Assembly (NCBI GenBank): GCA_030586555.1
Contig: JAURAC010000038.1
Location: forward strand, 1-28,629
Length of the DNA stretch: 28,629 nt
Reading direction: 5' to 3'
From: Candidatus Subterrananammoxibius californiae
GTDB taxonomy: Bacteria > Planctomycetota > Brocadiia > Brocadiales > Subterrananammoxibiaceae
A program made the position numbers and the translations under genes. The stretch's first letter is position 1. The number at the start of each line of letters is the position of its first letter. Below the pieces are notes generated by a model. That model searched no databases. It was not told the DNA's origin and saw nothing but the letters and a program-made list of their open reading frames with translations. This document shows, piece after piece, positions 8,969 through 17,586 of this stretch.

Positions 8969-10960
8969 ATGAAAAAGAAGGATGTTAAAGGGGTAGTAGA
9001 ACTATCCCGCAAGATGGCCGAAACAAAGACTTTCGGGGAGGCTAAAAGGACAGCAAAACAACAAAGCAAGAGTGAAGTTAAACGACCAAGCGAGCTTGCA
9101 ACCCTTACGATAAGCCCTGTCCTTGAACGAAGTGAAGGGTTGAAGAAGCAAGCTCTTGAGCATAGCGAAGAAAAGGAATCTAAAAGGCATAAAAATGATG
9201 GGTTTGGCAGGAAAATCTGGGATTTCTTTTGCTCCGTTAAATTAGCGGTAATAATCATAATAACTGCTGCGGTAGCCTGCGGTGTGGGCACAATGATACT
9301 TCAGCAGAAAACCCCTGCCGAGTATGCCGCAAGGTATGGTAAGGGTATCGCCAAATTCCTCACTGTAACACAACTTACAGACGTTTTCCATTCCTATTGG
9401 TTCACAGCCCTTTTGCTGCTTTTATGCACCAACCTTATCTGTTGCACAATAAAGAGGTGGCGAAATACAATAATGCAAGTGGGTTTTATTTTGACCCATA
9501 CAAGCATTATCCTTATCCTGATTGGTGGTATCGTTGGTTTTCATTTTGGTGAAAAGGGTGGTGTGAACGTTACCGTAGGACAGTCTGTGGATTTTTTCTA
9601 TCAATTCAAAGACGAACAAAAGAAGACGCTTGGATTTAGTGTATTTTGCGATGATTTTACTATCGAGAAACACCCCCCTAAGGTTGAGTTACTTTCCTAT
9701 ATAAAGGACAAGCATATCGAAAAGACATTGTCAACAGAGATTGGCAAGGAACAAAAAATCGTTAGAAGCCCGTATCTCGTTACTGTAAAGGATTACATCC
9801 CGGATGCTGAATTCAGGCAGCAACCGATAAATACATCCGATGAACCCACAAATCCAGCCGTCTTTGTCCAGCTATTCAGTTCTGAGAAGGTTTCTGTCGA
9901 GGGATGGCTCATTGCTGCAAACCGCAACTGGTATGTGGATAGAGAAAAAGATTTAAAGGTTGAGTATTTATGGGCGAAAACCACAGAAGATTTTGAAAAG
10001 ATGCTTGCTGATACAGGCAAGAAGCAGCAACCTATTTTCTCTGTAAGTGAAAAGGAAAAAGGCATTATGGAGGAATTTCCGGTTGAGGTGGGAAAGGTGT
10101 TCAATCTTGGGGGAACAGATTATAACATTAAGGTAACCCAGTTTGCACTCGATTTTGCCAACAAGGCTGAACCTTTACGGGAGCAGCGACCAGAGAATCC
10201 AGCAGTTCAACTTGAGATTAATGGTCCCGATGGCACAGAACAGAGATGGGTCTTTGCTAAATATCCAGATTGGGACGAGATGCATCAGACTAAATATAAG
10301 AATTTGAAGTTTGCCTGTTTTGTTCCTGAAAGTCTGGCACTCGTAAAGAACACCCTGAGGATTATTCAGGGTACGGATGGGCAACAGGTTCTTTCGTATA
10401 TCAAAGAAGGGATATCCCCGCAAACAGAGTCCTGGGAACTTGGGAAAAAGTACAATATTGGTCAGACAGGTCAACAAGTGGCAATCACAGAATTCTATCC
10501 TTCTTTTAGCTTAAAAGAGGAGGTTATAAAGAAATCTGATGAATTTAAAAATCCTGCATTATACGTTGAGATAGACGGTCCAAAAGGGAAATTCTCTGAT
10601 TGGGTTTTCTCTGGCGCTCAGACATCCACCCCTTATCCGGATGGCAACTTTTTCATCCTCTATAAACAAATGGGTGAAAGCATAAAAGATTACAAGAGCA
10701 AGTTGAGGATTGTTGAGGATGGAAAGACTGTTGTGGAGAAAACTATTGAAGTCAATGACCCCCTCAAATATAAAGGATATGCCTTTTATCAATCAAGCTA
10801 TGACCCTCAGGGTGGGAAATATACGGGACTTCAAGTGACAAAAGACCCTGGCATACCGGTAGTATATGCAGGATTTTCATCGTTGTGTTTTGGTATTATT
10901 TTTATCTTTTACATTAAACCGTTACTAAGACGGAAGACAAAAAAGGTAGGGTTGACTTAA
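8969..10960 (+). CDS. resB: Cytochrome c biogenesis protein ResB/CcsB (system II); start uncertain
   Basis: FFCSVKLA, DVFHSYWF, THTSIILILIG, VNDPLKYKGYAFYQSSY and KDPG motifs; adjacent to ccsA. Confidence 0.9.
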   Translation: MKKKDVKGVVELSRKMAETKTFGEAKRTAKQQSKSEVKRPSELATLTISPVLERSEGLKKQALEHSEEKESKRHKNDGFGRKIWDFFCSVKLAVIIIITAAVACGVGTMILQQKTPAEYAARYGKGIAKFLTVTQLTDVFHSYWFTALLLLLCTNLICCTIKRWRNTIMQVGFILTHTSIILILIGGIVGFHFGEKGGVNVTVGQSVDFFYQFKDEQKKTLGFSVFCDDFTIEKHPPKVELLSYIKDKHIEKTLSTEIGKEQKIVRSPYLVTVKDYIPDAEFRQQPINTSDEPTNPAVFVQLFSSEKVSVEGWLIAANRNWYVDREKDLKVEYLWAKTTEDFEKMLADTGKKQQPIFSVSEKEKGIMEEFPVEVGKVFNLGGTDYNIKVTQFALDFANKAEPLREQRPENPAVQLEINGPDGTEQRWVFAKYPDWDEMHQTKYKNLKFACFVPESLALVKNTLRIIQGTDGQQVLSYIKEGISPQTESWELGKKYNIGQTGQQVAITEFYPSFSLKEEVIKKSDEFKNPALYVEIDGPKGKFSDWVFSGAQTSTPYPDGNFFILYKQMGESIKDYKSKLRIVEDGKTVVEKTIEVNDPLKYKGYAFYQSSYDPQGGKYTGLQVTKDPGIPVVYAGFSSLCFGIIFIFYIKPLLRRKTKKVGLT

Positions 10961-10961
10961 T

Positions 10962-11813
10962 ATGAGTATGATAAACGTCGCATTGATTGCGTATATTGCT
11001 GCTTCAATAGCTTATATAGTAAAAGAGGTGTGGTGGTCTCACACTATACGGTTTTATGCAAGTGGGATATTAGGCGCAGCCTTTATCCTTAACGGTATTA
11101 TTGTCATTGGCAGATGGATACAATCAGGCCATGCGCCATTTGCAAACCTTTACGAATCACTTGTTTTTTATGCCCTCTGCATATCATTTGTTTACTTAGT
11201 CCTCGAGGCTATTTATAAATTCAGAGTTGTAGGCGCACTTGCATCTGTTATGGCGCTTCTTGTGCTCGCTTATGCTTCGATGCAGGATGAAACAATCAGA
11301 CCATTAATGCCAGCGCTTCAGAGCAACTGGCTTACAGTTCATGTAATTACTTATTTTATAGGCTATGCAGCCTTCGGCATCTCGTTTATAACAAGCATAG
11401 TCTTTCTTGTCGTTCGCCCCTTTACCAAACAAATTGCTAACAATCCAGAAACAGCCGATGCCTCAGCGGGGACGCCCAGAACCTTCGACAAGCTGGGTTA
11501 CCAGATTGTTGCATTTGGATTCCCTTTCTTAACCCTCGGTATGATTACTGGCGCAGTATGGGCGAAAAAGGCATGGGGCGACTATTGGTCGTGGGACCCG
11601 AAAGAAACGTGGTCGCTCATTACATGGCTGGTTTACCTTGCCTATTTACATCTACCGCTCGTTCTTCCACGAATGAATTTGAAGAAGGCGAAGATACCAA
11701 TTATTCAATCCGTATGCCTCTTGATTGCCTTTGGTGTCGTTGCGTTTACTTATCTTGGTCTAAGCTATCTTCCTTCTGCCTCTGAGAGTGAACATATATA
11801 CGGCGCAAAGTAA
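10962..11813 (+). CDS. ccsA: Cytochrome c biogenesis protein CcsA/ResC
   Basis: PALQSNWLTVHV and the WWD motif GAVWAKKAWGDYWSWDPKETW. Confidence 0.96.
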   Translation: MSMINVALIAYIAASIAYIVKEVWWSHTIRFYASGILGAAFILNGIIVIGRWIQSGHAPFANLYESLVFYALCISFVYLVLEAIYKFRVVGALASVMALLVLAYASMQDETIRPLMPALQSNWLTVHVITYFIGYAAFGISFITSIVFLVVRPFTKQIANNPETADASAGTPRTFDKLGYQIVAFGFPFLTLGMITGAVWAKKAWGDYWSWDPKETWSLITWLVYLAYLHLPLVLPRMNLKKAKIPIIQSVCLLIAFGVVAFTYLGLSYLPSASESEHIYGAK

Positions 11814-11892
11814 AGGTTAAAAGGTCAAGAGGCTGAGAGGAAAAGAGGTTTTAAGCCTTTTAACCTCTTAGCCTTTTTGCCTCTTGACCTCT
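11811..11892. repeat. Two inverted 8-bp tandem arrays forming a long hairpin
   Basis: Five units like AAGAGGTT, a TTA spacer, then five units like AACCTCTT. Confidence 0.8.
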
Positions 11893-11961
11893 ATCTGTCT
11901 TTTCACTTTCATCATCCGTCTATTCGTCTCTACCGGTTTCAGTCAAATTTAAGGTTTATGT

Positions 11962-12240
11962 ATGTCAATCGTAAGAGCTCATGTTTATGTTGAAGGCATG
12001 GTTCAGGGCGTGTTCTTTAGGGCAGGTACAGTTGATAAAGCGCGTTCATTGAATATTGTTGGTTGGGTTAGGAATTGTCAGGATGGAAGCGTTGAGGCTG
12101 TTTTTGAAGGCAAGAAGGATGTGGTTGAGAAGATTGTAAATTGGTGCCGTGTAGGACCATCCGGCGCAATCGTAAGAAACGTTGACGTGAACTGGGAAGA
12201 ACCAACCGGGGAGTTTAAAACATTTTCAATAAAATACTAA
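11962..12240 (+). CDS. acyP: Acylphosphatase
   Basis: GMVQGVFFR, GWVRN and GSVEAVFEG motifs. Confidence 0.95.
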   Translation: MSIVRAHVYVEGMVQGVFFRAGTVDKARSLNIVGWVRNCQDGSVEAVFEGKKDVVEKIVNWCRVGPSGAIVRNVDVNWEEPTGEFKTFSIKY

Positions 12241-12246
12241 TAAACA

Positions 12247-12978
12247 ATGCCAATTATATCCGAACAAAAACCTGAAATAGCAAAGAGGAAAGAAATAATT
12301 GCTCAAAATTTATTTGCTTTACAAGCGCGCATAAAGGATGCATGTCTGCGTTCTACTCGTACTGAGAACACCATCAAACTTGTGGTTGCAGTAAAGACCG
12401 TTGATGCCTCGACCGTGCGAGCACTTTACGAATTGGGCATTTCTGAGATTGGCGAAAATAAGGTTCAAGATGCTGAGGATAAGGAAAAAGCCTTATCAGA
12501 TTTAAACATACATTGGCATATGTTTGGCCACCTTCAGCGCAATAAGGTAAAAAGGGCGCTTTCTCTTTTTGAGCTAATCCATTCTGTGGAAAGCGTCCGT
12601 CTGGCTGAAGAAATAAGCAAGGAGTCAATTAAGCAAGGAAAACGAACTGACATACTTGTTGAGGCAAACATTAGTGGCGAGAGCACAAAATTTGGCATTA
12701 AGGAGGCTGAAGCGATTCCTTTTATAAAACAGATAAGTCATCTTGAAGGTATCCGTATACTGGGGCTAATGACCATGGCGCCAATAGTTGATGACCCGGA
12801 GTTGTGCCGTTCAGTATTCAGAGGGCTAAAAGAATTAAGCGATAAGATTACAGCCGAAGGTATTAAGAACGTTGAGATGAAATATCTATCAATGGGCATG
12901 ACGCAGGACTTTGAGGTGGCAATAGAAGAAGGCGCTAACCTTATAAGGGTTGGAACAGCCATCTTTAAGGGTATATGA
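12247..12978 (+). CDS. yggS: YggS family PLP homeostasis protein
   Basis: GENKVQ, WHMFGHLQRNK, GLMTMAP, LSMGM and IRVGTAIF motifs. Confidence 0.96.
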   Translation: MPIISEQKPEIAKRKEIIAQNLFALQARIKDACLRSTRTENTIKLVVAVKTVDASTVRALYELGISEIGENKVQDAEDKEKALSDLNIHWHMFGHLQRNKVKRALSLFELIHSVESVRLAEEISKESIKQGKRTDILVEANISGESTKFGIKEAEAIPFIKQISHLEGIRILGLMTMAPIVDDPELCRSVFRGLKELSDKITAEGIKNVEMKYLSMGMTQDFEVAIEEGANLIRVGTAIFKGI

Positions 12979-13262
12979 TGATAAATGTAACTGAAAATGA
13001 TGCTGGCATAATAATTCCAGTCAATGTTCAGCCAAATGCAAGTAAGGAAAGAATTATCGGTGAATATAACGGACAATTAAAGATTGCCGTAACCGCCCCA
13101 CCAGAAAAAGGAAAGGCAAATAAGGCAATTATTAAGCTACTTGCTGAAAAACTTGGCACAAAGATTTCCTGTATAAGAGTAATCTCAGGGGAAACGTCCA
13201 GAGAGAAAAGGCTATTTATCGAGGGGCTAAGAGCAAGCTCTCTGGATTTACTCATTAACTAA
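12975..13262 (+). CDS. yggU: DUF167/YggU family protein
   Basis: VQPNAS, APPEKGKAN and GETSREK motifs; conserved neighbour of yggS. Confidence 0.92.
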   Translation: MMINVTENDAGIIIPVNVQPNASKERIIGEYNGQLKIAVTAPPEKGKANKAIIKLLAEKLGTKISCIRVISGETSREKRLFIEGLRASSLDLLIN

Positions 13263-13279
13263 TGTAATACAAAATTTTA

Positions 13280-13307
13280 TTGACTTACTTAAATGATATG
13301 TTATACT
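13280..13307 (+). promoter_or_regulatory. Sigma70-like promoter of the abrB-vapC pair
   Basis: TTGACT-16 nt-TATACT with an extended -10 TG. Confidence 0.6.
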
Positions 13308-13336
13308 ATTTCTAAAGCGTAGCAATAAGGAGCTAT

Positions 13337-13567
13337 ATGGAAACCACAACAGTTACAGTAAAAGGACAGATTGTTATTCCTTCTCGAATCAGGCGCCGCT
13401 ACGGTATTAAAAAGGGTACAAGGGTCTGTTTGATTGAGCGTAACGGTGAAATTATTTTAAAGCCCATTACTCAAGAGTACATCCGAAAGCTGGCAGGTAT
13501 CCTGGATGGAAAGGGTAAGGCACTGAAGGCATTAATGAAGGAAAAAGAGAGGGAACGTGAGCTTTGA
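13337..13567 (+). CDS. AbrB/MazE/SpoVT family antitoxin
   Basis: VTVKGQIVIPSRIRRRYGIKKG; AAGGAG RBS. Confidence 0.93.
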   Translation: METTTVTVKGQIVIPSRIRRRYGIKKGTRVCLIERNGEIILKPITQEYIRKLAGILDGKGKALKALMKEKEREREL

Positions 13568-13962
13568 GTAAAAAGGTTCTGGACTCTTATAGCCTCCTTG
13601 TATATTTTGAGCACGAACCCGGTTACGAAAAGATGGCAGAGCATATTGAGAAGGCTGCTGGGTCCATGCAAAACCTCTTGCTTTCAGTAGTGAATTGGGG
13701 AGAGGTGTTCTATGCCATTTATCGTGAATATAGTCTTTCCAGAGCAAATGAAGTTGTTGGTACTATAGATACCCTTCCAATTGATATTATCCCAGCAGAT
13801 ATGGAACTTACGAAACAGGCAGCAATATTTAAGGCTAATCACAAGATGTCTTACGCCGACTGCTTTGCTGCCGCCCTGGCTAAACTTAGAAAAGCAGAAC
13901 TAATTACTGGTGATAAGGAATTCGAGCAATTAAAGCACGAGATAAAAATCAACTGGATATAG
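13564..13962 (+). CDS. VapC family PIN-domain toxin
   Basis: VLDS, GEV, SYADCFAAALA and TGD motifs; TTGA overlap with the antitoxin stop. Confidence 0.93.
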   Translation: MSKKVLDSYSLLVYFEHEPGYEKMAEHIEKAAGSMQNLLLSVVNWGEVFYAIYREYSLSRANEVVGTIDTLPIDIIPADMELTKQAAIFKANHKMSYADCFAAALAKLRKAELITGDKEFEQLKHEIKINWI

Positions 13963-13999
13963 CTTGAACAAAAGAGGTACCGTTATAAAAAACCTTACT

Positions 14000-14040
14000 A
14001 TGATTAACTATAAAGACACAATAAACCTGCCGTCAACATT
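14000..14040 (+). repeat. Direct repeat copy 1: ileS 5' end
   Basis: 14000-14032 is identical to 14653-14685 (33 bp), and similarity continues across a 3-nt indel. Confidence 0.95.
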
Positions 14041-14058
14041 GCAAACAAAAAAGAAAAT

Positions 14059-14277
14059 TTAAGTCACTTTCTCTAAAGGAAGATTCTCAATGCTAATATT
14101 CACAAGCTCTGATATGTCTAATTTTTCGCTTGCATCAAGGATTTCCAATCCTACAATGTGGCCCTTTTCATCAATATCAACTGTTACCCCTTCTTCAATG
14201 TCAATTGAGTCGGTTATCTTTGCTTCTCTGAACCTTATATATAGAGCATCAACATTTTTACTATATTCTATCTTCAT
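14059..14277 (-). CDS. DUF2283 domain protein (putative antitoxin)
   Basis: MKIEYSKNVDALYI...DIDEKGHIVGLEILDAS. Confidence 0.9.
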   Translation of the reverse strand: MKIEYSKNVDALYIRFREAKITDSIDIEEGVTVDIDEKGHIVGLEILDASEKLDISELVNISIENLPLEKVT

Positions 14278-14281
14278 TATA

Positions 14282-14524
14282 TTACCCTCTAAATGGTTTC
14301 TTTCTAATTGTAACGGTAATGACCAGAATATAATCGGCTTCCTCTTTAAAAGTGACTCTCAAATATCTCCCATTTATAAATTTAAATGCATTTATCCTTC
14401 CTTTTACACTTGGTTCGCAGAAATCGGGATTTTCAATTGCAAACGCTGTTTCATCTTGACTAACTTCACGCTCTTTCATACGTTTTTTTGCATGCCGGTC
14501 ATATCTAACTGGCTTTACAAACAT
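14282..14524 (-). CDS. DUF4258 domain protein (RelE-like putative toxin)
   Basis: RHAKKRMKER...LRV...VITV; paired with DUF2283. Confidence 0.85.
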   Translation of the reverse strand: MFVKPVRYDRHAKKRMKEREVSQDETAFAIENPDFCEPSVKGRINAFKFINGRYLRVTFKEEADYILVITVTIRKKPFRG

Positions 14525-14530
14525 AAAGTT

Positions 14531-14559
14531 AAAATAACAAATTTATACAAAAGAGTCAA
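14531..14559 (-). promoter_or_regulatory. Sigma70-like promoter of DUF4258-DUF2283, probably leaderless
   Basis: On the minus strand: TTGACT-17 nt-TATTTT-6 nt-ATG. Confidence 0.5.
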
Positions 14560-14611
14560 TTATTTTAAATTTTTCAAGGATAAATTGAGGTAGCCTAAAA
14601 TATTTTTTACG

Positions 14612-14638
14612 TTGGTTCACTCTTGTAGATTGAACCAA
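14612..14638. other. Inverted repeat TTGGTTCA-N11-TGAACCAA upstream of ileS
   Basis: Perfect 8-bp arms; related to 1854-1880. Confidence 0.65.
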
Positions 14639-14652
14639 TAGTAGGTTTTATC

Positions 14653-17487
14653 ATGATTAACTATAAAGACACAATAAACCTGCCGGCAACAACATTTTCA
14701 ATGAAGGCAGATTTGCTTCACAAAGAACCTGAAATCCTGAAAAGGTGGGATAAAGAAGACCTTTACGGGCAGATACGCAAGGCAAGGGCAGGTGCAAAAA
14801 AATATATACTTCACGATGGACCACCCTATCCTACAGGCGATTTGCACATTGGTACTGGATTAAACAAAATCCTCAAAGATATAATCGTCAGGTTCTATAC
14901 CATGCGCGGCTACGATGCGCCTTTCATCCCCGGCTGGGACTGCCATGGTCTCCCCATCGAGCACAGAGTTATGCAGGAACTCGGTGAGGAAGCAAAAAAG
15001 ATTAGCAAAACCGAAATCCGCAAAAAATGCAAGAAGTACGCTGAGAAGTTCGTCAAACTTCAGAAGCTGCAGTTCAAGGGTCTCGGGGTTTCAGGCGACT
15101 GGGAGCATCCCTACCTTACCTTTGACCCAAAGTATGAGGCTGGAATTATAGATATCTTTGGCGAGCTCGTCGAAAGAGGTTATGTGTACCGAAGCCTCAA
15201 ACCTATACATTGGTGTATGCAGTGCCAGACGGCTTTAGCCGAAGCGGAGCTTGAATACGGCGATGAAACAAGCCCATCAATCTATGTAAACTTCAAGATT
15301 AAAGATGACATCAGCAACCTTTTTAACGGGATAAATAGAGATAGCGCCAATATATTAATCTGGACGACAACTCCCTGGACGTTACCTGCCAACCTTGCGA
15401 TAGCCTTGCACCCGGATATAGAATATACTGCGGTGCGATACATTAACCCTAAGACCAGTAGAAAAGAAGTAACTATACTTGCCAGTGGTCTTGTAGATAC
15501 TGTAATGGCACGAACAGGCACTCATAGTTTTGAGCGACTTGGGAAGGCACAGGGAAGACAACTCGAGGGCAAGAAATATCAGCATGTCTTTTTTGATAGG
15601 GAAGGCGCATTGGTTTTAGCTGATTATGTAAGCATTTCGGACGGAACGGGCTGTGTTCACACTGCGCCCGGTCACGGTCTTGAAGACCATATTACAGGGC
15701 TTAAATATAACCTGCCTATGCTCAGTCCTGTGGATGCTTCGGGTGTCTTTACAGAAGATGCCGGGGAGTTTTCGGGATTGCACATCAAAAAAGGAAATGA
15801 GACGATAACAAGGAAACTCGAAGAACTTGGCGCACTGCTTCATCTCGGAAACGTAAGCCACTCCTACCCTCATTGCTGGCGATGTAAGGAGCCGGTTATA
15901 TTCCGCGCTACAGAACAGTGGTTTATTGACCTTGAACATAACAACCTTAGAGAAGTCGTCCTCAAGGAGATTAAGCGCACAAGGTGGATACCAGACTGGG
16001 GTGAGACTCGAATCACAAATATGGTTGCTGCAAGACCCGATTGGTGTATATCAAGACAACGTTCCTGGGGCGTACCAATACCTGCATTTTACTGCATTAA
16101 GTGTAATGAGGTTCTTTTGTCAGCCAAGGTTGTTTATCATGTGCGGGATGTTTTTGAAAAACATGGGGCAGATAGCTGGTTCTATAAGGATGCATCAGAA
16201 TTTTTGCCAGAGGGAACGAAGTGCGCAAAATGCGGAAGCACAGGGTTTAGAAAGGAAAGCGACATCTTTGATGTCTGGTTCGAATCAGGCTCAAGTCATC
16301 ATGCCGTAGTACATAAGAGGCAAGAACTATCTTTCCCCGCCGATATGTATCTCGAAGGCACAGACCAGCATAGGGGATGGTTCCAGTTATCCCTTCTGCC
16401 TTCTGTAGGCGCATGGGGCTGCGCTCCTTTTAAAACAGTGCTGACGCACGGTTTTGTCGTTGACGAAAAAGGCGAGAAGATGTCCAAATCCGCAGGTAAT
16501 TTTATTTCTGTTGAAGATGCGCTTAAAGAGTTCGGTGGAGATATTATCAGGCTGTGGACGTCTTCCATTGATTATACAAATGATATGAATGTTTCTCGCG
16601 ACCTCATTAATTGGATGTCCGATTCTTACAGACGCATTAGGAATACATTTAGATATTTACTCGGTAATCTTTGTGATTTTAATCCGAGCAAGCACACAAT
16701 CGCGTATGACAAGCTCTGGGAAATTGACCGTTGGGCATTGCATAAAACCCATGAATTAACTTCTGAGGTGACTTCTGCTTATGAGTCGCTTCAGTTTCAT
16801 AAAGTCTTCCATACAATTCATAATTTTTGTGCAGTGGATATGAGCGCCTTTTACCTTGATATTCTCAAGGATAGGCTCTATACCTTTACAAAAGACTCTC
16901 TTGAGCGGCGTGCTGCTCAGATGACGCTCTACCAGATTCTCCTAACACTCGTAAAATTATTGGCACCTCTTACGGTATTTACTTCTGAGGAAGTATGGTG
17001 TGCTATAGAGCATAAGGACGAGGACGTCCCAAGCGTTCATCTCGCAACCTGGCCTATCCCTACAGAGGAGTGGAAGAACGAAGGTCTCGGCATTAGATGG
17101 GATAGAATTGTCAAGGTAAGGGTAGAGGTTGCTCGTGAACTGGAAAAGATGAGGGCAGCAAAACTCATTGGTAAATCACTTGAGGCTGAGGTAAACCTTT
17201 ATACTGATAATGAAGACCTTTACGAATTCCTGAAATCATTTGAAAATGACTTGCCGATGATTTTTATTGTTTCCGATGTGAGTGTAACAAAAGGAACATC
17301 CCCCGACTCAGTGCAAGGGGAAGAAATAAAAGAACTCTGGATTAAGACTTACGTATCAAAGAACCAGAAATGCGAACGATGCTGGAATTATTTTAAAACT
17401 GTGGGGCGAAATCCTGCGCATCCAACGCTGTGTACACGGTGTGTAGATGCGATTGAGGCAATTATTACGAGAAAACAAAATGTTTAA
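14653..17487 (+). CDS. ileS: Isoleucine--tRNA ligase, type 1
   Basis: LHDGPPY, GWDCHGLP, WTTTPWTLP, DWCISRQR, KMSKS and the C-terminal zinc finger CERC...CTRC. Confidence 0.98.
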   Translation: MINYKDTINLPATTFSMKADLLHKEPEILKRWDKEDLYGQIRKARAGAKKYILHDGPPYPTGDLHIGTGLNKILKDIIVRFYTMRGYDAPFIPGWDCHGLPIEHRVMQELGEEAKKISKTEIRKKCKKYAEKFVKLQKLQFKGLGVSGDWEHPYLTFDPKYEAGIIDIFGELVERGYVYRSLKPIHWCMQCQTALAEAELEYGDETSPSIYVNFKIKDDISNLFNGINRDSANILIWTTTPWTLPANLAIALHPDIEYTAVRYINPKTSRKEVTILASGLVDTVMARTGTHSFERLGKAQGRQLEGKKYQHVFFDREGALVLADYVSISDGTGCVHTAPGHGLEDHITGLKYNLPMLSPVDASGVFTEDAGEFSGLHIKKGNETITRKLEELGALLHLGNVSHSYPHCWRCKEPVIFRATEQWFIDLEHNNLREVVLKEIKRTRWIPDWGETRITNMVAARPDWCISRQRSWGVPIPAFYCIKCNEVLLSAKVVYHVRDVFEKHGADSWFYKDASEFLPEGTKCAKCGSTGFRKESDIFDVWFESGSSHHAVVHKRQELSFPADMYLEGTDQHRGWFQLSLLPSVGAWGCAPFKTVLTHGFVVDEKGEKMSKSAGNFISVEDALKEFGGDIIRLWTSSIDYTNDMNVSRDLINWMSDSYRRIRNTFRYLLGNLCDFNPSKHTIAYDKLWEIDRWALHKTHELTSEVTSAYESLQFHKVFHTIHNFCAVDMSAFYLDILKDRLYTFTKDSLERRAAQMTLYQILLTLVKLLAPLTVFTSEEVWCAIEHKDEDVPSVHLATWPIPTEEWKNEGLGIRWDRIVKVRVEVARELEKMRAAKLIGKSLEAEVNLYTDNEDLYEFLKSFENDLPMIFIVSDVSVTKGTSPDSVQGEEIKELWIKTYVSKNQKCERCWNYFKTVGRNPAHPTLCTRCVDAIEAIITRKQNV

Positions 17488-17586
17488 GATAAATAACGAA
17501 CCTCTGTATTTGTTGTCTTCCAATAATCAAGCCAGAGACCTGTTCCTCTAAACAACTACCATGCGGTTTGAGAATTGCATTATATC

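Noticed and set aside
5697..11892. Short tandem arrays considered as CRISPR
   Set aside because: Units are 7-8 bp without spacers, and there are no cas genes.
14090..14593. 167-aa plus-strand ORF
   Set aside because: Antisense shadow of DUF2283 and DUF4258.
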